A stretch of 64,000 nucleotides of DNA. It comes from Chiloscyllium plagiosum (Eukaryota). A program made the position numbers and the translations under genes. Under the pieces are notes generated by a model. That model saw only the letters and a list, made by a program, of their open reading frames with translations. It did no database searches and was not told where the DNA came from. The stretch spans positions 31,887,832-31,951,831 of the forward strand of contig NC_057712.1 in NCBI RefSeq assembly GCF_004010195.1, written 5' to 3'. Of this stretch, positions 13,371 through 27,749 are shown in pieces; position 1 is the stretch's first letter, and each line of letters opens with the position of its first letter.

Positions 13371-13654
13371 CTGCGTTCTTCATTTTCATTGGGTGGATTA
13401 AAACTGGCCAGGCTAGGCATTGTGGTAATCCACCGGGCTCATTCTGACTGAGAGAAGAGCATCCTAAGAAGTATTTGCTATCATATGTTCTGATTGTTGC
13501 TATGCACAAAGGATTTTACAGCACGTTCAAATGCAAGAAGGAATCTGGCATCTTTCAAAAGTAATTTTAAAAGAAAATTCTTTGGATTTCTTCAACCTGG
13601 CCGAGCAAGATGTAATAAAGTGGAAAGGATTCCTTCTCCCACCATCTGAGGTGA

Positions 13655-13990
13655 ATAAGGTTGGGTTGACGGTCAGAATCTTTTTTCCCAGAGTTGAAAT
13701 GTCTAATACTAGGGGTGTTGCATTTAAAGTGAGAAGGGGAAAGTTCAAAGGAGACTTGAGGGACAAGGTTTTTTTACACAGACACTGGTAGGATTTGGAA
13801 TGCACTGCCAGAGGTGGTAGTGAGGCAGTTTTAATAGAGGCTTTTAAGGGACTTTTAAATACACACATGAATAGGATAGGAATGGAGGGATACGGACCAA
13901 GGGCAGGCAGAAGGGATGAGTTTATTTTGGTGTTGTGTTCACACAACATTGTGGGCTGAAGGGTCCATTCCTGTGCTGTACTGTTCAATG
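13655..13990 (+). mobile_element. CR1 LINE 3' end
   Basis: FFPRVEMSNTRGVAFKVRRGKFKGDLR and a GGGCTGAAGGGTCCATTCCTGTGCTGTACTGTTC tail. Confidence 0.85.
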
Positions 13991-14509
13991 TAACATCTTC
14001 ATAACATTGTAAACTTCCAGCATTTCAGCACCAGAACCCTCAAAACCAATATGAAATATCCCTGACCCCAACAAACACATATGCAGGCAAAGGGAAACTA
14101 TTTTTTTCTGCCCTGCATGAGTATCTCCTTTGGGTTGGTTACTGTGGAACTGCAGCTTGTTTATTTCTTGTGCTGGTCATGTCACCCATTTCCTTCTTAA
14201 AATGAATTAATGAATATTAGCAAAATGTTAATAAGCCTTTTTTTGGTAACAGCCTTATTAAAATCATTATTGTAAATGTCAGTGAATATAAAGCCTGAAG
14301 TAACTGTTACTACATTTGTAAATGTTAGTACCAATATAATGAGGGGAAGAAATAAAAATTAAGAAGTGACAAAAAAAGTTGAAGTTTTTTTTTCCTTTAG
14401 ATAGTAAAATAAACAATTTATTTAACCAGGTTTTCATAGTATTTCTTATTAGTTGTGTCAGTTTAAACTGCAGAGATTTAATAACATAAATTTCCAAATG
14501 AGATGTACA

Positions 14510-14625
14510 TTTTTCTGAAGAGGAATCATACCAGATTCTAAATGTTAATGCCGTTTCACTCACCAGAGAAGTTGCCAGACCTACTGAGTTTCTCCAGCAT
14601 TCTCTATTTGTTTGTGCATTTTTCA
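14510..14625 (+). mobile_element. Decayed PLE pLTR, third family (C)
   Basis: CTGAAGA... followed by GTTGCCAGACCTACTGAGTTTCTCCAGCA. Related copies lie at 20235-20355, 38912-39012 and 47215-47285. Confidence 0.55.
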
Positions 14626-14850
14626 GACAGTGCTGTGGTTTTCTGCAGTAAGCCATCATCTTGTTTAGAGAATCATACGCCGCGGTTGTCAAGTTGAACA
14701 AATTGCTTCACATCATTGTCTCATATGGAAGGAATGTTTGGTGGTGCAGCTTGGAAAGAAACAAATGGTCAACCATCTGAGATGATGGCAGAGTAAGAGG
14801 TCTAGAGAAGGTTGCTTGGTAGTTGAGTCAGTGCAAGGGTGAATGATGGC

Positions 14851-16760
14851 AAAAGTGTGGACTGCAGATGCTGGAGGTTAAGAGTTGAGAGTGTGGTGCT
14901 GGAAATGCACACCAGGTCAGGCAGCATCTGAGGAGCAGGAGAATCGACATTTTGGGCAAAAGCCCTTCATCAGGAATGAGGCTGTGAGTCAAAGAGGGTG
15001 GTGTGATAAATGGAGGGGATGGTGCTGGGGTGAAGGTAGCTGAGGGTGCGTAAGGTAGATGGAGTTGGGGCGTAATGGTGATAGGTCAGAGAGGAGGGTG
15101 GAGCGGATAGGTGGGAAGGAAGATGGACAGGTAGGACAGGTCATGAGGGTGGTGCCAAGTTGGAAGGTTGGAACAGGGATAAGGCAGGGGGAGGGGAAAT
15201 GAGGAAACTGGTGAAATCCACATTGATGCCGTGGGGTTGGAAGGTTCCGAGGCAGAAGATGAGGCGTTCTTCCTCCAGACATCGGGTGGTTAGGGAGTGT
15301 TAAAATGGAGGCCCAAGACCTGCATGTCCCTGGCAGAGTGGGAAGGAGAGTTGAAGTGTTTGACCGTGGAGCTGTGGGGTTGGTTGGTATGGGTGTCCCG
15401 GAGATGTTCTCTGAAGCAGTCTGCAATTAGACATCCTGTCTCCCCAATGGCGAGGAGACCGCATCTGGAGCAATTGATACTGTAACTGACGTGTGGAAAT
15501 GCAGATAAATCACTGATGGATGTGGAAGGCTCCTTTGGGGGGTTGGACAGAGGCGAGGGGGAAGGTGTGGATGCAGGTTTTTGCAGGTTTTGCAATTCCT
15601 GTGGTGGCAGGGGAAGGTGCTGGGAGGGGAGGGTGGATTGATGGGGGGATGGACCTGACAAGAGAGTCGCAGAGAGAATGGTCTTTATGGAATGCAGATA
15701 GGGGTGGGGAGGGAAATATATCTCTGATGATGGGGTCTGTTTGTGGGTGGTGGAAATGGCGGAGGATGATGCGATATATATGGAGGTTGGTGAGGTGGAA
15801 GGTGAGGACCATGGGGTTCTGTGCTTGTTGCGGCTGGAGGGGTGTGGTTCAAGGGCAGAGGAGCAGGAAGTGGATGAGATGCACTGGAGTGCATCATCAA
15901 CCACGTGGGAGGGGAAATTGTGGTCTTTAAAGAACGAGGCCATCTGGTGTGTTATGTGGTGGAACTGGTCCTCCTGGGAGCAGATGCGGCAGACCCGGAG
16001 GATTTGGGAATAAGTGATAACATTTTTACAGGAGGCAGGGTGGAAGTGTAGTCCAGGTAGCTGTGGGAATGAGTGGATTGAGGTAGATGCCTATGTTGAG
16101 TTGGTTGCTGGAGTTGGAAATGGAGAGGTCCAGGAAGAGGAGGGATGTGTCTGAGATGGTCCAGGTGAACTTAAGGTTGGGGTAGAATGTGTTGGTGAAG
16201 TTGATGAACTGTTCAACCTCGTCATGGGAGCACGAGGTGGTGCCGAAGCAGTCATCAATATAGAGGAGGAAAAGGTAGGAATGGTGCCGGCTACGGAAGA
16301 TGGACTGTTCCACATAACCGACAAAGAGACAGACATAACTGGGGCCCATGCGGGTGCCCATGGCTACCCCTTTCCTCTGGAGGAAGTGGGAGATTCAAAG
16401 GAGAAATTATTGAGGGTGAGGACCAGTTCAGCCAAACAAATGAGAGTGTCGGTGGAAGGGTACTGATGGGGACGTTGGGAGAAGAAGAAATGGAGGGCTT
16501 GGAGGGCTTGGAGGCCCTGGTCTGGTGGATGGAGGTGTATAGGTACTGGATGTCCACGGTGGAAATGAGACATTGGGGGCCAGGGAAATGAAAATCTTGA
16601 AGGGCGTGGGTGGTATCCTGAACATATGTGGGGAATTCCTGGACTGGGGGGAATAGGACAGTATCAAGATATGTGGTGATGGGTTCGGTGGGGCAGGAGC
16701 AGGCCGAGATGATGGTTTGGCTGGGGAAGTGAGGTTTGTGAATCTTGGTAGAACCGCTGA
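14851..16760 (-). mobile_element. Penelope-like retroelement family B: RT + GIY-YIG + pLTR, frameshifted
   Basis: TKIHKP, IISACSCPTE, MGTRMGPSYVCLFVGYVEQ, YIDD (RT catalytic motif) and CSRCGLLAIGETG. The pLTR carries a mutated hammerhead at about 14946-14973. Confidence 0.92.
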
Positions 16761-17469
16761 CAAGGGTGAATGATGTTGTTTCAGAGTCAGTGGATTCCTC
16801 ATAGTTATTTAAATCTTGTTTGAGGATTTCCCAGCTGTTCCTGCTTGGAAGCTGAGATTGAGGTTGGTGTTGGGTTTGGGATGTGGTGGAAAATTGTACA
16901 GCCCACAAGTTGCTTGCTGAGCTCAAGTTGCTAGCTGGATCGTCTGCTGTGGCAGTACTGTATCAAGAACCATAGGACAAGATCTGACTTCTTGATGCCT
17001 TCTTAAATCTATTTATCTTTTTGGAGTACGTTCTGGTCTACTGCCTACACCTGACAGGAGTTTATGGACCTGCTCAGATTGCTGAGGCAAAATTGTTGTT
17101 AGGTCTTGGTAAAATCACTCTCTTCCATGACTTAAGAGAGCATTACTACATGAACTTCTGAATTATCCTGTCCAGGCATGTACAGCAGTGCCTTGCTTTT
17201 ATCGTCATGAAGACTACATTTTTTTTGCAGACTAAAATGGGAAAAGGGCTGTTTTAAAACAAGGGCTGGAGAAGCAATTGCTGTACTTTTAAAAAAAAGC
17301 TACTGGCACTCATTATGACTTGTGTTTATGCTTACTTTGGAAGCAATGGGAAAGGAGAGATGAAATGCCATGTCACCAGGGTGTATATGCAGGATGAAAT
17401 TCATTTCTATATCTCTGCACTAAGAGTAACTGCAACTTGAAAAGAAAAGAGATATCTTATCCCTCCTGT

Positions 17470-17990
17470 TGTTGAAAGCATTGGCCTTTGACCAATAACT
17501 AAGAAACTTTGTAATTAATGTGTCAATCACCCCGTGCCTGTTGTGAAGAAGTGAAAGAAACAGAGAAGGAGATTGGAGAACAGTAGGTCTAGGAAGCACA
17601 GGGGCGTCTCGACACTCCTGTGGCTTGGTGCTATTTATTGAACTGTAGCTCCCTTCGTGCTGTTGCTCTTTCATCCATATTGCCAATGATTTTCTTGTTT
17701 GTCTGTGACTGTCTGTATATGTTTGTCCATAAGTTTCAAAACTGGGTATAAAGTTTCATTAGGAGACTTATGTGTTGATAGTTCATAGTTTTATTTACCC
17801 TGTGGCTAAAATGTATTCATTTGTAATAAACAGTAGTTCTTGTAAAGTACAGGAACCTGGTCAGTGTTTTCTGTGAACTCAATTTGACAAATAACTTGTG
17901 GCCTTTGCATATTTTATGAAATTATTAAATTTTGTTTTGATTCTGGGATTAGTGGGGCTCGAGAATCAGTGCATTTTTCTAAGTGAGTTG
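17470..17990 (+). mobile_element. Possible solo LTR
   Basis: LTR-like composition with AATAAA at about 17825. No paired LTR or TSD was identified. Confidence 0.25.
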
Positions 17991-20900
17991 TTCTACCTTC
18001 TGGAATAAGGCTGCCCAGGAAATGCTCTCCACTCTTAATGGAGGCCATCAAGTGCATTGGATAGATTTACAGGCTGATAATCAACCTGTATATCACATTA
18101 TGAATGCAGCTTCTGAGGCTTGAATCTAGAAGTTCTGGTCTAGAGATGGGGGCACTACCACCATGCCACAAGATTTCCTCTCAATTATGTCATTGATTGT
18201 AATAAAGGATTCAGGTAGTAATCAGTGGATTACCTTAACACCTACACTTCCAGCAGTTTAAATTTGCAAATGGTGAACCTCCAATATCTCTAGAGTGGGT
18301 AAGTAACTCACATAATTTTAATTGACCACTGCCTTATTTCTAATGAAATACATGTTTTCCAATCTCATCTTTCTCTTGAGCACTTACTTCAACTAATTCA
18401 CTGTTTTTTTGTTTCTTACCATTCTCTTTGGAATGAATAGTTAATCCCATGCTTTAATTTACCGTTTACTGTATATTTCCAGCATTTGACAATTTTCTTT
18501 CAGGTCTTTGTATTCTTTTTTGATTAAGCTTCCTTTATTAAACAATACTTGCCCATATTCAGGCAATAGAGAAATGATTTAGCAAAGGAAATAATTCCGA
18601 ATGTTTTACTGCCAACTCACTAACCCATATAGAACACTCCTCATAGGTTTTCTCAAATTCTCTGAGTGCCAATGCTACAATTTCTGTGAAATTTGTGTCT
18701 AAAAATGTATAGCATATGAGAAAAACCAACTACTATTATTTTGGACACTAATGACTGATATTTCACTAAGTTTCATTTTTTTCTAACAATCAAAAATAGT
18801 TGTTTCTTCATCCAGATAAATGTGTAGGGTAGTTGCTTGGAGACTAAAACTACCCAGCAACCATGACTAATAAAAAAACTCCATTCTCTGTGGCCTGACA
18901 ATGACCACCTTCAAGGTACCCTTGTGGGCTACATACTTTCTCATTAAACAGACTGCTGGTACAATAATATAAAACAGACTTCCATTGCCTGAACAGGTCT
19001 ATATAGTACACACCATCAATCTTCTCATTGAATGAGGTCATCCACAAAATGTAAAGTACGGGTTGGAACAATTTGCAAAGTATAGAATTTGATAGAAACT
19101 GCTTCTGAAGAAAAGGATGGTTTCCATCTCTATTATGTCAATGTTGCACTTTTGCACTACTTACAAGTACCATTACTTAAATCCTCAAAGCTGCTTCAAA
19201 ATGTATAAACCTTCATCAACAAATAGAGATAGAATTGAAGACCTCCATTAAGCTATTCCACAAGTACAATAAAGAGTTCCACATTTGTTGTTGTCCGTTT
19301 GCTGACCTAGTACTCTTGAAATTCTGCTTCTCTCAGCACTACAAAGAGATTAAGCTTGTTTTTTTATATATCCTTTCTAGCTGCTGTGAGGAAAGTGCAT
19401 AGTGTACATTCTGTCTAGCTGTATCCTGAATGGCAAAGATGTCACTATATACATAATCGGATTCTATCTAAATCAAACAGGTGCTCTGGCTATCGTGAAT
19501 CCTACAATTGGTCATATTGTGAACCATGGCAAAAAGCTCTGTCCTGTTCTTTCATGAATGCTAGCATGCTGATTTCACTCAGTTTCACCAGAGAAATCTC
19601 CTTCGTTACTGGAAACAAAATCTAAAGAAAATCACTTGATGCTATGTTGATTAATTTGTATGCAAATCAGTTAAATATTTAATTGATAAAAGGATTGAAG
19701 GCTAGAGGCACAATTATGGATGTTCAAGTATTCTATTGCAAAAAATTGGTTCCTGAGGTATTGCATGAGAGAGCTGATCTGTAATGAGGAATGAATAGTT
19801 CAGATATGATAAGTAATCTATCTATCGACTAAATATTAATTATCCATGGAGATCAGTCGCTTTTTTTTATCAAAACCTTCTCTCAGTTGATGAGATAAGT
19901 AGAATAGAGTATGTAATCGAGTAAGTTGAACATGATCTCTTGAACAAGTGAGGTTAAAAATTGAGTGGCAGCTTTTTTTTGTTTGTATTTCTTTTGCATA
20001 TTTTAAGTACTATCAACCTGCATTACATTAAATTGAAATAAGTCACCTCTAGATATTTCAAAATACAAGGTCAGCTAGATTGGATTTTATTGATCATTTT
20101 AAACAACTATTACCAATGTAACAATGATTCAAGTCTTGTCAAAAAAAGCAGTCTGCTTTTGTGTGAAATCAGTCTGACATTTACTTGTTGCTTACTTGAA
20201 TGAGTTGTTAGACTTTTCTTTGTTAACTCCCTCAGTTCTAAGGAAGAGCCACTTGTCCCAAAACATAATCGCTGATTTCAGATGCTGCCTGACCTGCGGA
20301 GCTTTTCCAGCATTTTTGTTTCTGTGTCAGATTCCCAACACCTGCAGTTCTTTCGGTTTTACTTTGTTATGTATGGACAAATGTAAGTGAGATACTTAAA
20401 ATAAAACAGAAATTAGTTGTAGCAAATGGTATTGCCTTCAGACAGATTTGGTTATGCTTTAATTTGTTGAACATACTTAGGTAGCACAAACTATAACCTC
20501 TACAAGGGCAGTTCTAGCACTATGCACACCTTGTCAGGGATGCCCACACCCCATGAATGAAAGAAAACAAATTCAATGTTAAGTACTATCATGTAAATGC
20601 TTCTGACAAAATTAACAGTTCATTACATATTCAAACACATACCATAGGTATGATTCAAAATAAATCAAAGAAAATTCCTATTGTATGATGTGCATTCATA
20701 TACTCGAGGATTTGTAACTTTAATACATTGCAGATGTTGCAGTGCCAACATTTTAGAAATATCATTTGTCACATGTACATTTTTCAAACTCAGTATGTGT
20801 AGAAACTTGTCTTTTGAGTTACTCATTACCATATTACTGAAATGGAACAGTAAATGCTTTTTAATATGGAATGCAATGAGCAAAGGTAATGAAAACCTTT

Positions 20901-22461
20901 GTAAAACAATGCAGGACACTGTTAACTGTGTTATGTCTTATTTCTGGAATATAATTGGATATTGAAACATATGTGATGATGAGATTACTGCTCCATTCAC
21001 CATTCCGCATGACATTAATTTAGCTTCAAATCTTATTAAAGTCATAAAAGCGCTCACTTTTGTTTAAGCAAATGTGAGTGAAATCTAATCGTTACCTCAG
21101 TTATCTTCGTAGTGGGTTTCCCATAATATTATTCATGCATTCACAGGAATTTGGCTCCACTCACTTGATAATGGTGAGTGTATCGTACCAGCAATGGAGG
21201 TTTATATTTAATTTTGACAAATAAACTGCAGTAATATGGAGAGTGGGTGCTGGAAGGCCAAACCTAATTTGAATGTAATTGGTGAGTGTCCAGCAGTAAG
21301 CACACTTCTCAGCAGCTCACTTGATATTGAGATTGTGACAGGTTGTTGCTGGGGGAATGGGAGGGGTGGAATTTCAATGGGTAAGTCACAACCTGAAGTC
21401 AGCTGGAACACCTGAAAAGGGTGTAAAAGGAGAGGTGGGCTGAGCTGAGGAAAATCAAAGCACTATTTTTCTATGAGGAAACATCATCTTCAAGAGACCC
21501 CAAGTCTGTCTATCATAATTTCTGTGTGAATAGTTCACTTGTACAGGCATCGGTGCACAGAACTACTCCCAGCGCTGAGGCGGGACATACATGGGAGATG
21601 GGAAGGGGTAAACGAGTAGTTAGTCTGTCAACTGCAAGATAGCTCACTGAGTAAGACACAAATCTTGAGGCCCTAGAAAGAGATGTAACCATCCTTCAGA
21701 GAAGCTGAACACAACATGACAACAGATTTCAAGGTTCTGAGACTGAGATTTTGAGGATATTCTTGCTCTGATATTGATTCCACACTCTCACTACCCAACC
21801 ACAACTTCATGGTACACAGTTGGAAAGGAGGCAGAGAATAACGTGAGACAAATATCGATGAGAATACAGACAGTTATCCTGACATGAACTAGGACAAATC
21901 ATACAAATTCAAAGTTTTTCTATGAAGATGGGAACATGGAAAAGTGCTATGCCAATAAATCCAGCATAGGTTATGTGAGATTGCAATGAGCAATGGTCAA
22001 TCTTGCAAAGAAACAGACAACATAACCAAACTGCAGATCATTAATTGGTTGTTATCAGGGCAACATCTTACTGAAGTTATCATGCCAGACAATAACCATA
22101 CATCCATTACAAATGATACACATACATATGTAATAATAAACATATGTCCCAGATTGAAGCTACACTGTCATATCATGATAAGCACCAGATCAGGTTCTGT
22201 CATATATCTGGATCTGCCCAGAAATTGCAAGAGTGGTCAACCAAAAGTATCTCAACATTTCTGTCACACCCCTTCCCCCTGTCAAGTTAAGATAAAAGAA
22301 GGAAGAATCAGAAGGGAAATCATGCCCTACACCTATCCAGTCCAATTGAATATTGCATTGAGGATGTAGATGGGGTGAAAGAGGCCAAGGGCCATGGGAT
22401 CTGCCCTGAGGAGATGGATATGTGGGCCTTGAAAGTAATGCATGAATCAGTAGATGGCATG

Positions 22462-22780
22462 AAGGCGCAATGGTTAACACTGCTGCCTCACGGTGCCAAA
22501 GGACCTAGGTTCAATTCCAGCCTTGGATGATGGTCTGTGGAGATTACTCTTCTCCTGCTGTCTGTGTGCCTTTTCTCCGGGTGCTTCCGGTTTCCTTCCA
22601 TAGTGCAAAGATGAGCAGGTTAGGTGGATTAACTGTGGTAAATTGTCCCAGAGATGTGCATGGGTTAGCCATGGTCAGTGGAGTTATAGGGATAGCATGT
22701 GGGTTTGGGAGGGATCCTCTTTGGAGGGACAGAGCAGACTCAATGGGACAAATGGCCCCAATCTGGCCTGGAAGGATTCT
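22462..22780 (+). mobile_element. V-SINE (tRNA head + V core)
   Basis: A box GGCGCAATGGTTAA, B box GGTTCAATTCC and core TTTTCTCCGGGTGCTTCCGGTTTCCTTCCA...CAGGTTAGGTGGATT. Confidence 0.8.
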
Positions 22781-25124
22781 GAGCTCAAGAATATTGAAAA
22801 TGGCACCAGATCAAATGAAAATAAAAGATTATGCAAGACTACCTTAAAATGTATTTAAATAAGGAACAAAAAGTAAGGTTAAATGGAATCATGGAGAATT
22901 ATGGAGCTGGGGAAAAGATGTTGAGTATCAGGCTGGGTCTCGTATGGACTATTTGTGATGAGATCTGAGGGGAAACCAAAGTCTGAGTGAAAATAGATAG
23001 GAAGCCTAAAGTCAAGTTTGATTAAGTGGAAGATAGTGAAATGGATAGCTCTCTCACTTCATATTTTATCATCTGGTGTGACTTTCCCCTCCCTGGAAGT
23101 GGTGAGTGAAGTGGCATGAAAGGGAGATTGTGGGGCAAGTTGACCCTAGAGAAAGAAAGTTTACCCATACTATACCACCTCTGTAATTAAATGCTGAACA
23201 AGAAGGTCCATGGGTGACTTTCTTAACTCACCAGTAAATCAGGCATTTAAGTGATCAATTCATGGCCACTTTCAGACTTCAACTTATCACCTCACTAATT
23301 ACCACATTCCTCAGCAGGATGAAACATAGTCTCCAATTCCCCATTCTGGGCCAACATTGCTCAACATGAGAAGACGAAACATTATATTTAATTACCTCAC
23401 CCCTGATCACGGAGGAGTATTGTTTGACTGACAGACTTTAGGACCCAGAAAATGCCAGCCAATTTGAGGGTGGCATCTACTGGTGACCCAGTTCACTGGT
23501 GTTGAAACCTGTGATAAGGCAAGATACTCATCCTTGTTCACCTCTCAGTTCTTAATGGTGGGTCAGCAAGTTATCTCACCACCTAATACACTTGCCCCCA
23601 CACTTCAAAAAAAAATGGGAAAGCATGCCCATGAGGGAGTATTTCTGTTAATAGGGTCTGTGTTGTAGAGATGGGAAATGGAGCCAGAAACAATCTAGAG
23701 TGTGAGTGTTCTGGCTGAGCCAATTAATAATCTTGAAGTGCAGATTTTGCCTGAAGAAAATGTTAGCCTTTTGCATCGCTAAGGCACAAAGACAGAAGAA
23801 ATCCAGTGAAATATTAAATAAAAAATAAACCAATGGTTACAGCCCCTACTAGATTCAGTACTATATATATTACATACAAAAGTACAGGAGAACAGTGTAA
23901 AGTGTATAGTGTCGCTTCACAAGGCACCATCTTACGTACATCTATTTGGGTAGAGAATCTTAAGCACCAGGTAGAAAGAAAGAACAGTTAAAAGTTAAAC
24001 ATTGCAGATTTTCTTAGTTTTAATAAAGAAGTAAAGCTGGAAGTTCAAACATTACAATCTTTTTCAAGTGCTTAGCCATGGTGGGACTGCACTTCGAGGA
24101 ATCACCTCGAGAATGGGAGTCCACGCTGAGGCCAGCCAGGCCGAGAGACTGCCACATACTACCAAAGACCTGGAAACAGAAGTGAGTGCACAGTATACTT
24201 TAAGAAATCTGACAATGTAACATGCTTTTTGTTGTTGCATATTGGGTAGACAGTCAGAGCTATCCTATCAGAAAATGTTGCTCTCTCAAAGTGTTACAGA
24301 TATTTTCTAATCAACCTGTTCAGAGAGCAAGTAGGCCTGAAGCCTAAGCTTCCTAGCTTAGATATAGGGACACTACATCTGCACCACAACATCCAAGACT
24401 GAATGGTGATTAAATTGCTTATTAGCATATATTAATCAGGTGTATATATTTTTAATCAACACATTCAGATTTTATATGATATAACCTCTAGGACAGATGG
24501 AACCTGAATCTGGATCTACAAAAGCCCTCTTCAAAGTGTTATAAATTTAATGTGCACCCATGCTTATCACTCATTTAAATTTAAGTGGCTTTTGCAGGGT
24601 CATATGCTTACCTCAGGATGATATGTTTCCAGAATGAATATGCAACTGAAAGTCCTGGAACGCACAAATCTTCCAAAGGTCTTTTGCCTTGTATTATTAA
24701 AACAAAATCAAGTTCTTTGATATGGCGTCACTCATTGAGATCCACATTGATTTGCATGAGGTGCATGTGAAGGTCACTGTTTGTATATAGTGTGTTTTAG
24801 CTGCAGCATTCAAAAAGTACATAATAGGACGATGTAGGGAAGTCACAATCCAATTCTGAGTTATCAATGGCAAAAACACAATGGTTTGACTTTTTGAATC
24901 TCGTCTGAGTCAGAATTCTGACATAAATCAGGGCAAAATCAAAATGAGCTGCAGCCCACCTACCCTCCCAAGATTTTCAATTTTCAATGCAGGATTCTTC
25001 TTGACAGATACAGTCCTTCCAAACCACTCAGGCACCATGCCCCCTTTTTACAGCAATTATTGCCTTATTTTTATTAGTAAACATGTTTAAAAGTGCCAAC
25101 ACCTCTTCCTTAAATTACTGAGAA

Positions 25125-25930
25125 AATGTAAGTGTATAGGGAAAGTGGTGAGGGGGTAGGGTGACAGGTAGCTGGGTACACTGGCAGATGGGGAAGAAGG
25201 CAGTGTCAAGGAGGCTAAGGGAGTAAGTTAATTGATGCTTATGGAATAAGGTGACAATTAAGCGCTGAGGGGATAGAGTGGCAGGTGGATAAGTGTGTAG
25301 TGTCCAGGAGGGAGAATGTAAGGTGCTAGGTGGGTAAGGTAATAAGATGGTGGGTGGAAGAGTGCAGCGGTAGGAGTGCAAGAAGGTGGGGAAAAGGTAG
25401 GGTGGCAGGTGGATTGGTGCATGTGTTTGGGAAGGAAAGAGGTAGGAAGCCTGATGGGTAATGTGGCAAGGTGCAAGGTGAGTGAGGGGGTAGTGTGATA
25501 AATGAATGGGTGAGGGCATAAATAGGTAGGGTGTGGGTGAAGAAGTAAGTTGGAAAGTAGTTGAGGGGGATATGGTGCAAAGTATGTGAAGGGTTTGGGT
25601 GTCTGGTAGGTAAGGGGCTGGGGCGGGGTGCAGGTTGCTAAGGTAATAAGTTGGTAGCTTGGTGAACAAGAGGTTAGGATAGCAAGTACATGGTTGAGGG
25701 GCAAGGTGTTAGGCGAATATGGGTCAGGATGGCTGAAGAGATAGAAGGTCAGATAGATAAGTGGATAGGGTTTCACAAAGGTAAGTTATTAAGGTGAGCG
25801 AAGGAGTGGGTAAGGAGTAAGTATGTAAGGGGATAGGGTAGATGAGTGAATGGGTAGTATGTCAGGAGAATTTGGAGGTAGGGTGACAGCTATGTGGTTG
25901 ACGAGTAGATTGATAACTGGGTAAGGACAT
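25125..25930. repeat. G/purine-rich low-complexity tract
   Basis: About 800 bp of GGGT/GGTAGG/GGTGA motifs with very few C on the plus strand. Confidence 0.7.
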
Positions 25931-26083
25931 TGTGCCCTTATGTTTGTCAACTGCATGGTCAAGTGTCCAATGATGGGTAAAGTCCAGTGTTGGGTTGGCC
26001 TGAGACAGCGGTTTGAATGTCTGGGGTGAAGGTGTCAGGTCAGTTATTAAGGAGTCAGTGTAAATGATTGGGGTGAATAAATT

Positions 26084-26568
26084 ATAGAGTCATAGAGATG
26101 TACAGCATGGAAACAGACCCTTCGGTCTAACTTGTCCTTGCCGACCAGTTATCCTAACCTAATCTAGTCTCATTTGCCAACACTTGCCCCATATCCATCT
26201 CAACTCTTTTTATTCATGTACCCATCCAGATACCTTTTAAATGCTGTAATTTTACCAACCTCCACCACTTACTCTGGCAGATCATTCCAGACACGCACCA
26301 CCCTCTGCATGAAAACATTGCCTTAGGTTCCTTTTATATCTTTCCCCTCTTACCCTGAACCTGTGTCCTCTAGTTCTGGACTCCCCACCCCAGGGAAAAG
26401 ACAATGTCTATTTACCCAATGCATGCCCCTCATGATTTTATAAACCTCTATAAGGTTACCCCTAGCCTCCAATGCTCCAGGGAAGTCAGCCTTTCCCTAC
26501 AGCTCAAATCGTCCAACCCTGGCAACATCCTTGTAAATCTTTTCTGAACCCTTTCAAGTTTCACAACA
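26084..26568 (-). mobile_element. HER1-type CR1 LINE 3' fragment
   Basis: VVKLERVQKRFTRMLPGL and CTCTATGACTCTAT tail. Confidence 0.88.
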
Positions 26569-27159
26569 GCCTTTGTGGGGCGGGGGGGAGAGGAGTCAAT
26601 GTTATTGTTAGAGCAGATGTTAATTCCTCTAATGTCTGCTGGGTAACTACTCAAGGTAAATAGGTTGGAACCCCGAGACTAGAAGGTCTAGGCTATTATT
26701 CTGAATGCAGTGAAGCTACCAGGAATATACTGATTGTACTTAATTACTGAACAGCACATTATATCATGTCCACATTGACAGAAGGCAAATGTTTGACATG
26801 GTAAGGATCAATAGGCAAGCGTGGATGGCCTGAAGCAACTGACGTTATGGGACTTCTGTCCATTGATTTGACTGCCAAAGGAACAATGAATAAGAATGTT
26901 AAAGTCATCAGTTTGCCAGCCTTGCGTCTGGGTTACTTGAGGCTGTTGTCAATGAGTTAATCAGAAAGCATCATTCAAAGAAAGAAAGCTGACATCAAAA
27001 CCATTAATCTTATAAAATTCTTGCTCATTTTCATGCACTTTCAGACACAAATTCCCTTATCAGATGAAAAAGATCTTGACTACTGCATTGAAAAGCAGGT
27101 ACTGTTCTCAACACATGCATCTAATCAAATTAGATCAAGGGTGAGCTAATGCAATGCAC

Positions 27160-27440
27160 CTTGTAATGGTACTCATTACTGTCACTGCTGATCAGAGGCG
27201 GAGAGAATGAATGTTGAAAGTAATGTTTGGGGTGCCATTTAAGTGGGCTGCTTTATCCTGAATGGAGTCTGGCTTCTTGAGTATTGTTGGAGCTGTACTT
27301 ATCCAGGCAAATGCAAAGTATTCCAGTACACCTCTGTCTTGTAGATGGTGGACTAGCATTGAAAAGAGAGGATGTGAGTTACTAATAACAGCATTCCTAG
27401 CTTCTGACCTACCCTTTTAGTCATAGGATTTAAATGGTGC
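27160..27440 (-). mobile_element. Decayed LINE ORF2 fragment, same family as 3790-4343
   Basis: Reverse complement aligns by eye to 3800-3970 (ATACTCAAGAAGCCAGACTCCATTCAGGATAAAGCA vs ACACTCAAGAAGCTTAACACCATCCAGGACAAAGCA). Confidence 0.65.
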
Positions 27441-27749
27441 TTTGTTTTTCTCTTGTTGGAATATGAATATGGAGCTTTAAAGTCCAAATTTATAAGAGAC
27501 AGAATTGTGGTTGGAATTCCTGATGAGTCTTTGTTTGGCTTATTAGAGTGTAAAGAATAGTTGACTTTGGATAAGCCATTCAGGTTGTAAGTGAAGCAGA
27601 AGTCAAGACATAAAAGAGTCTTAAGAAGAAAAGAAAAGACCAACCTTTAAACCTTATCACAGGAGACCTGAATTCTACAAAAATCTTAAAAATATATATG
27701 AGAAGCTAAAACAGAGACTAATCCACGCAGCAAATATTTAGAATCAGTA

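Noticed and set aside
17335-17440. Minus-strand exon-like segment with good acceptor and AAA|GTAAGC donor
   Set aside because: All three frames from the strong acceptor contain stops, so it is at most non-coding.
25115-25776. 172-184 aa Pro/His/Thr-rich ORFs
   Set aside because: These are by-products of a low-complexity tract that lacks stop codons on the C-rich strand.
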